64,000 nucleotides of DNA from Schmidtea polychroa (taxonomy: Eukaryota). The position numbers and the translations under genes are program-made. The notes beneath the pieces were generated by a model that was not told the DNA's origin, did not search any database, and saw nothing but the letters and a program-made list of their open reading frames with translations. Positions 41,178 through 54,389 of this stretch are shown here, piece after piece. Location: positions 27,592,001-27,656,000 of the forward strand of contig CM097885.1 in NCBI GenBank assembly GCA_044892525.1, given 5' to 3'. Position 1 is the first letter of the stretch; the number at the start of each line of letters is the position of its first letter.

Positions 41178-42240
41178 TTCAAAAGGACTTTTGATGGTGA
41201 GTTCAAAGGTCCAAGGGTCGAAGGGTCCAAGGTTCAAAAATTTTAAAACCTTATAATATACATATCAAACAAAAGGTATTTGAGATGTAAGTATCATGGT
41301 CATACTTTCAAAGGTTTATGAATGGTCCTGAACCTTCAAACCTTCAAAGGGTCCAAAACCTTTAAAAATTATACATATAGATATATACATGTCAAATAAA
41401 AGGTAATACAAAGGTGAGTATGATGGTCATACCCTCAAAGGTCATACCACCGAAAGGGTCCAAGGTTCAAAAATTTTAAAACCTTATAATATACATCAAA
41501 CAAAGGTATTTGAGATGTAAGTATCATGGTCATACTTTCAAAGGTTTATGAATGGTCCTGAACCTTCAAACCTTCAAAGGGTCCAAAACCTTTAAAAATT
41601 ATACATATAGATATATACATGTCAAATAAAAGGTAATACAAAGGTGAGTATGATGGTCATACCCTCAAAGGTCATACCACCGAAAGGGTCCAAGGTTCAA
41701 AAGTTTTAAAACCTTATAATATACATATCAAACAAAAGGTATTTGAGATGTAAGTATCATGGTCATACTTTCAAAGGTTTATGAATGGTCCTGAACCTTC
41801 AAACCTTCAAAGGGTCCAAAACCTTTAAAAATTATACATATAGATATATACATGACAAATAAAAGGTAATACAAAGGTGAGTATGATGGTCATACCCTCA
41901 AAGGTCATACCACCGAAAGGGTCCAAGGTTCAAAATTTTTAAAACCTTATAATATACATCAAACAAAAGGTATTTGAGATGTAAGTATCATGGTCATACT
42001 TTCAAAGGTTTATGAATGGTCCTGAACCTTCAAACCTTCAAAGGGTCCAAAACCTTTAAAAATTATACATATAGATATATACATGTCAAATAAAAGGTAA
42101 TACAAAGGTGAGTATGATGGTCATACCCTCAAAGGTCATACCACCGAAAGGGTCCAAGGTTCAAAAGTTTTAAAACCTTATAATATACATATCAAACAAA
42201 AGGTATTTGAGATGTAAGTATCATGGTCCAAGTTTGAAGG
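40286..42240 (+). repeat. Satellite arrays in the left TIR: about 120-bp units (partly as 240-bp dimers), then about 232-bp units
   Basis: AAAGGTA motifs at about 40292, 40411, 40532, 40651, 40772, 40910 and 41029. CCAAGGTTCAAAA at about 41227, 41460, 41690, 41923 and 42154. Confidence 0.95.
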
Positions 42241-42898
42241 TCAAAGAGTCTAAGGATCCAAGGTTTAAATTTTTCAAACCTTGTAATATACATATCAAAC
42301 AAACGGCAATACAAAAGTACTCATCGATGACTCATTTATTTTTTGAACAAAGACAATGACGCGCCCATGGGATTTATTATTTATTACTATCATTAGTATT
42401 ATTATTATTTATTATTATTAATTTCAATATTATTTATTATTATCAATAGTATTATTATTATTTTCGAAGATATTATCAAAATTTATTATTAATATTATTA
42501 TTATCATCAAGTTTTAATTATCAAGGTAATTTAAACAAAGACTCAGCCGCTGAGTCACCAAGGTCGTTCTATTTTTAGTAACAAAGACATCTATTTTTGT
42601 TCCGGCGGTTTATTTTTGTTTTAATAATCGATTACGTAATAATTTAATTTTGTTTAAATCGTTGATTATATTATTTTTTTTGTCGTTCTATTTTTTGTCG
42701 TTCTATTTTTAGTAACAAAGACATCTATCAAACAAACGGCAATACAAAAGTACTCATCAATGACTCATTTATTTTTTGAACAAAGACAATGACGCGCCCA
42801 TGGGATTTATTATTATTAATATCAAAATTATTATTATTATCAATATTATTTATTATTATCAATAGTATTATTATTATTTTTATTATTATTAATATTAA

Positions 42899-42977
<79 letters not shown>

Positions 42978-43214
42978 ATTATATTCATGTCTTTGTTAAT
43001 CATGCACGTTTATTGCAAAGTCTTTGTTAATTATGCAAGTGTATTGCAAATTTATTAGTCATACCTTGATATTAATTTTACACACATACTCAATCCATTA
43101 TTATTATTGCAAGTATTAGAGAAAAACCTAAAATATTTCCACAGACACAAGTCTATTCGAAAGTATACATGCTAGGATTACACACCTTAAGGGTAGAAAA
43201 ATATTTCTGAGTGA

Positions 43215-44350
43215 TTGTGTGTGCAATAGCCAAAAATAATAAATTTTATCAAATACATGTAAATTTTTTTAAAAAATCTATGTGTGTGTTATTGGTAGAG
43301 TGTGAGTGTGTAAAATATGAAATTTTATTAAATACATGTATAAATTTAGGTAAATTTTAAGAAAAATCTATGTTTTTTTGTGTTTGTGTGTTACGGGTAT
43401 AGTATGTGTGTGCGTAAATATGAAATTTTATCAAATACATGTAAATTTAGTTAAATTTTATGAAAAATCTATGTTTATTGTCTGTGTGTGTTATGGGTAG
43501 AGTATGTGTGTGTGTAAAAATTTTATCAAATACATGTAAATTTCTTTAAAAAATCTATATGTGTGTTTGTCCTATGGGGTAGAGAATTTATGAAAAATCT
43601 ATATATGTGTGTGTTATGGGGTAGAGTATGTATGTGTAAAAAACTTTTATCAAATACATGTAGATTTCTTTAAAAAATCTATGTGTGTGTGCTATGGGGT
43701 AGAGTATGTGTGTGTGTAAAACTTTTATCAAATACATGTAAATTTCTTTCAAAAATCTATGTTTTCTGTGTGTGCTATGGTTAGAGAATTATTATGGGTG
43801 TATGTGTGTAAAAATATTAAATTTTATCAAATACATGTAAATTTCTTTCAAAAATCTATGTTTTCTGTGTGTGCTATGGTTAGAGAATTATTATGGGTGT
43901 ATGTGTGTACAAATAATAAATGTTATAAAAATCATGTAAATTTCTTTAAAAATCTATGTTTTCTGTGTGTGTGTGTGGTATGGGTAATTATTATGGGTGT
44001 GTAAAAAACTTTTATCAAATACATGTAAATTTCTTTAAAAAATCTATGTGTGTGCTATGGTTAGAGAATTATTATATGTGTATTTGTGTACAAATAATAA
44101 ATTTTATAAAAATCATGTAAATTTCTGTAAAAAATCTATGTTTTCTGTGTGTGTGTGCTATGGGGTAGAGTATGTGTGTGTAAAAAACTTTTATCAAATA
44201 CATGTAAATTTCTTTCAAAAATCTATGTTTTCTGTGTGTGTATGTGTGTGTGCTATGGGGTAGAGAATTATTGTGTGTGTATGTGTGTAAAAATATGAAA
44301 TTTTATCCAATTTCTTTAAAATTTATGAAAAATCTATGTTTTTGTGTGAA
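43215..44350 (+). repeat. Minisatellite of about 70-85 bp inside element A
   Basis: TTTTATCAAATACATGTAAATTTCTTTAAAAAATCTATG-(TG)n-CTATGGGGTAGAG is repeated more than ten times. Confidence 0.92.
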
Positions 44351-44494
44351 TTATACATGTATTGCACATGCTTATTTTAACACGGGTATATATGCTTAAT
44401 ATGTGATTATACTCTGAGTTTATCCGACAAGATATTTTGTCCCCCTATGGGTAATGTTCACACTCAACATGTTGCAAGTGTACTGCTCACAAGG

Positions 44495-44548
<54 letters not shown>

Positions 44549-44834
44549 TCAGAGTTTATCCGACAAGATATTTAGTCCCCGGATGGATAATGCTCATATA
44601 CAACATGTCTCAAAGGGCATATTATTAAATTCTGACTAATCAATGAAGGGGTAGAACAAAAATATATTACTTTTGTGGTATGTTAAAATCTTATTTTCAA
44701 AACATATTTTGACGCCATTTTCATTAGATGCAAGAACATTTTCATAATTATTTTCATAATTTTTGCATCGATTTCATGATTTTCAACATTTTCATCATTT
44801 GCATGAATATATTATTTTCAAAGTTATTTTCAAT

Positions 44835-44914
<80 letters not shown>

Positions 44915-45010
44915 TCGATGGGTTTTATATAGGGTATCCGAATGTTGTAATAAGCAATATTTTTATTGTTTTTCATGATTATTTTCTTCAAAATTCTTAT
45001 TTTATAAAGT

Positions 45011-45100
45011 ATGACTCATTCAAGGTCATATGACTCATCAAGGTCACGTGACTCATCGATTACATTTTGAAAATTCTAATTTGATTGGTTATATCTATTG
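45011..45100 (+). promoter_or_regulatory. Putative promoter of the RING cargo gene: three TGACTCA (AP-1 type) sites alternating with two TCAAGGTCA sites, then an inverted CCAAT box
   Basis: ATGACTCATTCAAGGTCATATGACTCATCAAGGTCACGTGACTCATCG at 45011-45058, ATTGG at about 45084, ATG at 45139. Confidence 0.6.
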
Positions 45101-45138
45101 TGATAAATGTAAAAACAAAAGTAATTTAGTTATTACTG

Positions 45139-45777
45139 ATGATTTCTACAAGTAAAACTGTTGAATATGATTGTGTAAATCACAAAATGTATTTGGTAAC
45201 TTTATTATTTTATCAATTTTTTTGTGATTTATAGCAAGGAACTCGAAATAATGAAAGATTAAGTCTATCCTATTCTGAAGATAATCGCTCATTGAAATTT
45301 TTTAACATAGTTGAAGATTTTATAAATAATCATGATGCTTACACTGATAAGAAAATCATAAATGTTTTAAAAATTTTCAAACATTCCTCTATTGAATATT
45401 TGATTGATTTATTTAATTATGATAAATGTATTTTGAAGTTTAGTTATTTAATGTATTTTGAAAAAACAGTGGTAAACAACGATACACTAAATGAATACTT
45501 TTGGAGTTGCATGTATTTAAGATTGAAACCGGGATATAGTAGATTGATTTATGAATGGATGGCGAAAGTCGATTTGATTGAAAATAAACTAACGGAAAAA
45601 CTGAACGATGTTAAGAAAATGTATTTAACTTGTTCAATCTGTAAAGAAAATCAAGTTTCGGTTTTGTTTTTACCGTGTGGTCATGTAATTGTTTGTTCTA
45701 AGTGTCACGAGAAGAATGTTCGCAATTGTCAAGCCTGTTCAACTTTGATTAATGAATATCATACTATATATATATAA
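45139..45777 (+). CDS. Spliced 199-aa protein with C-terminal IAP/MDM2-type RING finger (putative E3 ligase), cargo of element A
   Basis: Exon 1 45139-45195, a 39-nt GT-AG intron 45196-45234 ending in an in-frame TAG, and exon 2 45235-45777, open throughout. It ends CSICKENQVSVLFLPCGHVIVCSKCHEKNVRNCQACSTLINEYHTIYI. No BIR motif is visible. Confidence 0.85.
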
Positions 45778-46822
45778 TTTCTCAATACAAATTTCTAGTG
45801 TCTTTTTTTGAATCATGCACATTTATTGCTATTTTGTATATTTTTTAGTTAATTTATAAATATTATCTGACATTTTGATGTGTCAATGCAAATATATATA
45901 CAACAAATTAATCAATAAAGATTGTAAGTTCTTTTATATACTCAGAGTTTATCCGACAAGATATTTTGTCCCCCTATGGGTATTTGTCGTAAAGTTACTG
46001 GTCGCTAGGGTAATTAAGGCACATGTATATATATAAATTCTTAGGTAATTTAGTGAGAAATATTTGGGTAATATTTGAAATGTAACTTTATTCTTATTTC
46101 GAACGATTAATTTATTGATTAACTTTGTCATTTAAAAGGTAATTTAGTAAAATATTTTCATAGGTAATTTATTCATCTAATGTTCATTACAATAGTTAAC
46201 TTCGTGAGAAATACATGGTCATTAATAACAACATTGATTTTTTGGAGTAAAAATCTTTGTTCGAGTCATAATAGAAATATGATCATCTGGTTAACCAATT
46301 AAGGTGTTTATTAGTTAGAATTCTAATTTATTATCATTGTAATATATCTTTGTGAGAATAAGTTAAGATTTTTGAGCAACATTTACCAAAACATGAATAT
46401 TTTGTGCGAAGAATATTGGTTAAATATGTCATTTAAAATAATATTTTCAGACAATAATTAATAAATTCATTGGTTAATTTATATCTTTGTGAGAAATACA
46501 TGATCATTTATTGACAATTCATTAATAAATTTGGTATAAATTCTTTATCATTTGGAGTAATTTTTGTCAAATTTCTATTTTTTATTATTATAGAAACATG
46601 ATCGTTTGGTTAATTTACATGGAGTAATATGATGAATTTCAAGTGAAATAAAGTTTTCAGTTAATTAATATATCAAATTAATTTAAAATTGAGGATACAC
46701 TGATGAAAATTCTAAACAAATATTTGCATCCACACATATATTTGAACATCACATAATAAAAACTCATTAATTTAAAATATTGCAACGTAAAATACTGCGT
46801 AATAAATGATACTGAATCGCTC

Positions 46823-46892
<70 letters not shown>

Positions 46893-47286
46893 TGAAAAAT
46901 AATAATATGACATTGATATTAATAATAATATTAAATTAATACTTTGAAAATAAAATAAGAATTTTGAAGAAAATAATCATGAAAATATTGAAAATCGTAA
47001 AAATATCTTTTGGAAATAATATTAATAATAATAATACTTTGAAAATAATAATACTATGGACTTGTATTTGAAAATAATATACATTTAGCGACCAATACCC
47101 ATAGAGGGACAAAATATCTTGTCGGATAAACTCAGACTATATGTATAGCACTAGCAATAATAATAATGGATTGAGTATGTGTGTAAAATTAATATCAAGG
47201 TATGACTAATAAATTTGCAATACACTTGCATAATTAACAAAGACTTTGCAATAAACGTGCATGATTAACAAAGACATGAATATAAT

Positions 47287-47343
<57 letters not shown>

Positions 47344-47599
47344 TATAATAATAATAATAATATTAATAATAATAATATTAATAATAATAATAATAATAAT
47401 ATTAATAATAATAAAAATAATAATAATACTATTGATAATAATAAATAATATTGATAATAATAATAATTTTGATATTAATAATAATAAATCCCATGGGCGC
47501 GTCATTCTGAAAACAGATGTCTTTGTTTTAAAAAGTGATGAGTCATTGTCTTTGTTATAAAAAGTCAGCGATGACTACCTTTGTAGTACCTTTTGTTTG

Positions 47600-49075
47600 A
47601 TATGTATATTATAAGGTTTGAAAAATTTGACCCTTGGACCATCATACTCATCTTTGTATTACCTTTTGTTTGATATGTATATTATAAGGTTTTAAAACTT
47701 TTGAACCTTGGACCCTTTCGGTGGTATGACCTTTGAGGGTATGACCATCATACTCACCTTTGTATTACCTTTTATTTGACATGTATATATCTATATGTAT
47801 AATTTTTAAAGGTTTTGGACCCTTTGAAGGTTTGAAGGTTCAGGACCATTCATAAACCTTTGAAAGTATGACCATGATACTTACATCTCAAATACCTTTG
47901 TTTGATGTATATTATAAGGTTTTAAAATTTTTGAACCTTGGACCCTTTCGGTGGTATGACCTTTGAGGGTATGACCATCATACTCACCTTTGTATTACCT
48001 TTTATTTGACATGTATATATCTATATGTATAATTTTTAAAGGTTTTGGACCCTTTGAAGGTTTGAAGGTTCAGGACCATTCATAAACCTTTGAAAGTATG
48101 ACCATGATACTTACATCTCAAATACCTTTTGTTTGATATGTATATTATAAGGTTTTAAAATTTTTGAACCTTGGACCCTTCGACCCTTGGACCTTTGAAC
48201 TCACCATCAAAAGTCCTTTTGAATGATATATATATATATTATATGATTTGAAAAATATTTAATTTTGGACACCCTTTGAAGTTATTGACCCACCATATAC
48301 CTTCGAGGGTATAGCCATTAGATAGACCTCTCAAATACCTTTCGACTGATATATATATTATAAAGTTTGAAAAAATTCGAAGGTTTTTGACCCTTTGAAG
48401 GTTATTGACCAACCATACACCTTCGAGGGTATGACCATCATACTTACCTCTCAAATACCTTTCGACTGATATATATATATATATTATAAAGTTTGAAAAA
48501 ATTCGAAGGTTTTTAACCCTTTAAAGGTTATTGACCAACCATACACCTTCGAGGATATGACCATTAGATAGACCTCTCAAATACCTTTCGACTGATATAT
48601 ATATATTATAAAGTTTGAAAAAATTCGTAGGTTTTTTACCCTTTGAAGATCGAGGACCCACCATTCACCTTCGAGGGTATGACCATCATATTTACCTTTG
48701 TATTACCTTTTGTTTGATAAATATATTATATTTTGAAAAAATTCGAAGGTTTTGTACCCTTTGAAGGCCAAGGACCCACCATTCACCTTCGAGGGTTTGA
48801 CCATCATATTTACCTCTCAAATACCTTTCGAATGATATATATATATTATAAAGTTTGAAAAAATTCGTAGGTTTTTTACCCTTTGAAGATCGAGGACCCA
48901 CCATTCACCTTCGAGGGTATGACCATCATATTTACCTTTGTATTACCTTTTGTTTGATAAATATATTATAGTTTGAAAAAATTCGAAGGTTTTGTACCCT
49001 TTGAAGGCCAAGGACCCACCATTCACCTTCGAGGGTATGACCATCATATTTACCTCTCAAATACCTTTCGAATGA
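47600..49075 (-). repeat. Satellite arrays in the right TIR (mirror of 40286-42240 with fewer 232-bp units)
   Basis: TTTTGAACCTTGG at about 47700, 47930 and 48161; 120-bp units at 48240-49075. Confidence 0.95.
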
Positions 49076-52000
49076 TACCCTTGTGTGAAGGTTTGGCCTT
49101 ATTTGACCTTTGGAAATTTAAATATGACCTTGACCTTAAAACACGACACTGACCTCGATGAGTCATCGATGAGTCTTTGTCTATATGTCTTTGTTTAAAT
49201 GTATTTATTTAAATATTTGTTTACATTTCATTGTTTAAATATTTGATTAAATGTCTTTGTTTAAATATTTGTTTAAATGTATTTATTTAAATATTTGTTT
49301 ACATGTCATTGTTTAAATATTTGATTAAATGTCTTTGTTTAAATATTTGTTTAAATGTATTTATTTAAATATTTGTTTAAATGTATTTATTTAAATTTTT
49401 GTTTAAATGTATTTATTTAAAAATTTGTTTAAATGTATTTATTTAAATTTTTGTTTAAATGTATTTATTTAAATATTTGTTTAAATGTATTTATTTAAAT
49501 ATTAAATATGTCTTTGTTTAAAAAATGATGAGTCATACATACTTTAATAATGAGTCAGTTGGCTTTGTTCCAAAAATGATGAGTCATATGACCTTGTTAC
49601 TAAAAATAGAATGACCTTGACCTAGTTACTAAAAATAGAATGACCTTGATGAGTCATCGATGACGTCACGTGACATTGTTACTAAAAATAGAATGACCTT
49701 GACCTAGTTACTAAAAATAGAATGACCTTGACCTAGTTACCGTGGTTACCACGGTTGCTATGGATGAGTCATATAACCTTGACCCAGTTACCGCTGTTGC
49801 TATGGATGAGTCATCGATGAGTCATATGTCTTTGTTTTGCGCTGAGTCATCGGGGGGGGGTAGTGCAAAAAAATGACAAAAAACGATGAGTCATGGAGCA
49901 CACTTCTCTCTACTGACATCTGCTAATACAATTCCACGAAGGATTCACCACTCAAGACTCTAAACTCTGAACTTATTAAAACTGACAGTGGGTAATAGTC
50001 CAATCAATAACTGCCAAACTACATGTTTAATCGAACTCTCTTGATATATTTATACCACTCAACAGGTTCCTTTAACTTTTCTTTGCTTTCGGTTTCCGTA
50101 ACATTGTTTCGCCAAATGTCTGCTTATTTTTTCGTAGAGTTTCTTCACTCTATTTTTTTTCATCTTACAACTTCTGTTTTCGTTTTTTATTATCGCCTTT
50201 TTCAGTTTTGCATGGCTCATAAGTAGATGGTAGTGTGCCCGCAAGACCACATACCCCCCCCCCCCCCCGGCCGGAAATTTTTTTTTAAATAAAAGGTCAA
50301 GGTCATTTTATTTTCAAGGTCATATTTTAAAATTTAAATTTACAGAGTTCCCGCCAACGGGATTTAGTGAATATTCAAGTGAATTACTATAATTTTTGTG
50401 AATTTCATGTTAATTGAAAGAATATTTAAAAATTTAAGGTTTTATTGTTAATTCTAAGACAAATTTAATTAATTTCTTGATAATTTGCTATATTTTATTG
50501 ACTTGTTTTTTAAATAAAAATTATTTTTTATGATAGTTAGGTTAATAATTAGAGTTTTTACAATAATCAAGTGATAGGATAAATTATTTAATTTTTATGA
50601 TGACTTTGTAATGATAATTTGATTAAATAATTTTTTCATATATTTTCTAAGAATATTTCCATTTACGCATTGATGAACTTTTAAATATTGAAAATCTAAA
50701 GTTGAAACCAGCTAATTTATCATGAATTTTATTTGAAATCTACTTGAAAATTATTGTAAAATATACTGAAATTTGTGATTTAGTTTGGAAGATGTATCAT
50801 GTTATAATTGCTATAATTGGCTGAATCGATGAAGAATTATGATCAAACAATGAGAAATTATCATCCCTAGTTAGATATTTGATGGTAAATGTGGTGAAAT
50901 ATTTGTAGAAAATATTGATTTTAATGAATTTGATCTTTTAGTGGGCTCTTACTACATGAATTTATGTACTAAATTATTTCAATTGAAAAATGTTTGGTAT
51001 CTGTAACAATTAAATAAAATTCATATTTTGAAGAATTTTCTATGGATTTTAAAAGAATTGATCTATTAACGGGCTCAAGTGGGTGAAATTAAGGGATATA
51101 GCCGGTTGGATTTAGTAAGGGTTTGGTTAAGATGGGAATATATGATTTTTAAGGAATATATTCGGTCGGATGTTTAAAGGGGTAGAAATATTTGGTGAGG
51201 GATCGGTTAAGGTGGAAATGTTTTGAATATCTCTATTTAAATCGACAATTTTCTTAATGGTAAAATATCAATGTTTCAAGAGAAATAGTCAGTATTTAGC
51301 TATGAGTCAATAATAGTTCCTGTGAAATTATATCGTTTTAGGTTTATTAGGTTGTAATGAATGTAATTGCATAGTAATTTAGATTTATGTTTTACTTTAG
51401 AACCAGTTTCTATTAATTATCCACGGTTTTATTAAGTCGTTTAGGGTTAATGATCAATTAGGTGTTTATTTACTTGGTTTTGACAATGAAATATCTGAAA
51501 TCTTTAGAATTAATTGGGAATGATATCAAAGGTTATTGCTTTAAATTATTTACCTTTAATTAATATGTTATAGACGGATATTCATTGTGGGGATATCGGT
51601 GACAAAACTTGAGAAATATTGACTTAAAAGAGTTGGACATCGACAGCAAATAAAGAAAATTGAACATTATTGAAGGAAATTTATGATTTTAATTAGAAAT
51701 TAAATCGGTTGAATATCAGCTAAGGGTAAAATATGGTCATTTGAAGGAATATTGTTATCGGGTGGATAAATCTTTCAATGATATTTTGCTAAATTACCTT
51801 TTGCTAAATATTATTTTAAATGACAAAGTTAACCAATAAATTAGTCGATCGAAATAAGAATTCGGTAAAAGTTACATTTAAAATATTCCAATTATTCACG
51901 AATTTCTGATAAAGATATATATGAACATCTATTTCTCACTAAATTACCTAGGAATTTCTAACTGATATACATGTACCTTAATTTAATAATTAGTATACCC

Positions 52001-52611
52001 TTGCAACATGTTGAATGTGACCAGTACCCTTGCTAGCAATACCCTTAGGGGGACAAAATATCTTGTCGGATAAACTCGGAGTATAAGAACTTGCAATATT
52101 GATACATCAAAATACTGTTATTTAAAAAATTAACTAAAAATACTCAAAAATACTATTATCTAAGAATTCATTTACTGAATGATATCTTAAAATTTAAGAC
52201 TTAAATGATCTTGCTTTTAATATACATATGAATTGATTTCTAAAATAATCATGTTTTTCTATCAAACATGCATAAATTGAATATAAATTTGCTGAATGTG
52301 AAATAAACATGTTTCTTGCTAAAGAATTTACTAATTAATATCTCCGAATGATATTTCGCTGAAAGGTATATAAAATCTCTATGAATTTGTTAAATGTTTT
52401 CCTCAATATAAATTGTTAATTAGTTCCTAAAATAGTCACAGAATTGTCCTAAGAATATATCATCACCATTTGGTAGTTGCGCCCAATATATTTAATTACC
52501 AAGATTATTTCATATTATTCAATGTTTGAAAATTTTCTACATTATAGTACCGTCATTATGTATGGTAATAATTCATTTGACTTTGATATTGTATTGATTT
52601 ATATTGAGAAC

Positions 52612-52814
52612 TTACATGTATATAGTATGATATTCATTAATCAGTGTTGAACAGGCTTGACAATTGTGAACATTCTTCTCGTGACACTTAGAACAAACAA
52701 TTACGTGACCACACGGTAAATACAAAACCGAAACTTGATTTTCTTTACAAATTGAACAAGTTAAATACCTTTTCTTAACATCGTTCAGTTTTTCCGTTAG
52801 CTTATTTTCAATCA
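52612..52814 (-). pseudogene. 5'-truncated second copy of the RING cargo gene, in element B
   Basis: Reads IENKLTEKLNDVKKRYLTCSICKENQVSVLYLPCGHVIVCSKCHEKNVHNCQACSTLINEYHTIYM*, about 10 substitutions from 45575-45777. Confidence 0.92.
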
Positions 52815-54389
52815 GTGTAAAATTTTTATGAAATAATTTTCCAAGTCAAAATTAAATACAAATTTATATTAAATTAATTTCAAAGACAGATTTCAATTAA
52901 CCACTACTAATAAAAATAATAGTAAATGAAAAGGGTAAATTTTAAAACTAACTAATAAATTTAGAAAGAGAATGAGAATTGATAGTAATAATTAAATTAA
53001 AGTAAATTATGGACATAAATTTTTAATTAAAGTAATAATTTTTAATCTATTATAAAAAAGTTTGAATGATAGTCAGGTTTTGAGAAATGAAAATTTTAAT
53101 GAAATAGTTTTTAAAGAAAATTTAGATGCAAATTTTACAAATAATAATAATGATAATAATGATAATAAAATAATATTAATAAAAATAATAATAAAAATAA
53201 TACTTTATATTGCTAAGCATTAATAATGTAATTATATTTGAATATTTTTTATTCATGTATAACAATTAATTAAAACAAATATAAATAATATTAATAGATT
53301 AAATTAATTAAAATGGAATTGAGAAATGATGCAGTATATCAAATTATTGATCCAAGGGCTGTGGGAAAACATTATTTGTTTATAAATTATTACAATCAAA
53401 TATGTTTAAGTCAAAATTTAAAAGGTCAACCAGATACTTACAATAAAATACTTACAACAATGTATTTCTAACAAGCAGCTAGATACCAAATACTTTCAAC
53501 ATGATACCACGTACTAACTAACTCTCAAACAACCAGATACATACAACTAACTACTTACAATCAACTAAATATTCTTCATTGTATTTTATGAAATGCTTTT
53601 TAAATTAATTTTTTATCTGTCTTCAAAATATGTTTAATTACAATCAGTAGAAAAACCTTTTCAAAATGTCTAAATTTAACAAAAATGATGATTTTCATCA
53701 AAAAATGAATAATTGTCAACTCATCACTACGTGGGATTGATGATAATTTAAATTAAAATGAAAGACTATAGAATTCTAATTTACAAAACATTCTTCTTTT
53801 AATTGATTACTACTGACTTATTATTGCAATGTAAAAATCGCATTCAATAAATACTTATTGTTGATCAGTTTTATTATATATACTCTGAGTTTATCCGACA
53901 GGATGTTTTGACCCCCTAAGGGTACTGGTCGTAAGGGTATTGCTAACACTCAACTCCCACCTACCCATTTACTAGATACTAGATACCAACAACCAACTAA
54001 CAACTAGATACTAAGTACTTACAACCGACAAAAACCAAGTACTAAGCATTATCAACATACAACTATATAACAACAATCAGTAAACATTGTATAGATCATG
54101 TTGTTGAAAATGTTATGAACTGTGGAGATGATGAATGTGAATGTGGTAATAAATTTTAGTGTATATTTAAAGTATAATATTTAGAATTTCTTTGTTAAAG
54201 TTTTGTCTTGAATATTTTTACCAGTAACTTTGTAAACAATACCCATGTGACTTGTCGAGTGTGAGCAGTACCCTGGTGATCAGTACCCTTGTGAGCAGTA
54301 CCCATAGGGGGACAAAATATTTTGTCGGATAGACTAGGAGTATATATATTAATACTAATAATAATGAAAATAATTATGTTGATAATATA

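Larger units (their letters stand above)
39394..49914. mobile_element. Non-autonomous Maverick/Polinton-type element A (10.5 kb) with very long inverted repeats
   Basis: Starts AGTAGAGAGAAGTGTGCTCC and ends GGAGCACACTTCTCTCTACT, with a perfect 6-bp TSD GACATC (39388-39393, 49915-49920). The inverted match covers 39394-about 42320 versus about 47570-49914, and again about 42790-43110 versus 47155-47505. No polymerase, integrase, ATPase or capsid ORF is visible. Confidence 0.93.

Noticed and set aside
40286..44350. Regular repeats as a possible CRISPR-like array, and the short ORFs 40457, 40919, 43759 and 44048
   Set aside because: Units are contiguous with no unique spacers, there are no cas genes and the context is eukaryotic; the ORFs are satellite read-through.
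42728..47560. Poly-Ile, poly-Tyr, poly-Leu and poly-Asn ORFs here and at 28890, 56969 and 60389
   Set aside because: Translations of (AAT)n/(ATT)n microsatellites.
39394..49914. Element A as an assembly-induced inverted duplication
   Set aside because: A perfect direct 6-bp TSD, canonical AG..CT ends and arm-specific differences argue for a real element, though long-read confirmation is still desirable.
50400..51800. Decayed coding-like sequence in element B
   Set aside because: Homologous in part to the capsid relic flank, but too interrupted to assign a product.
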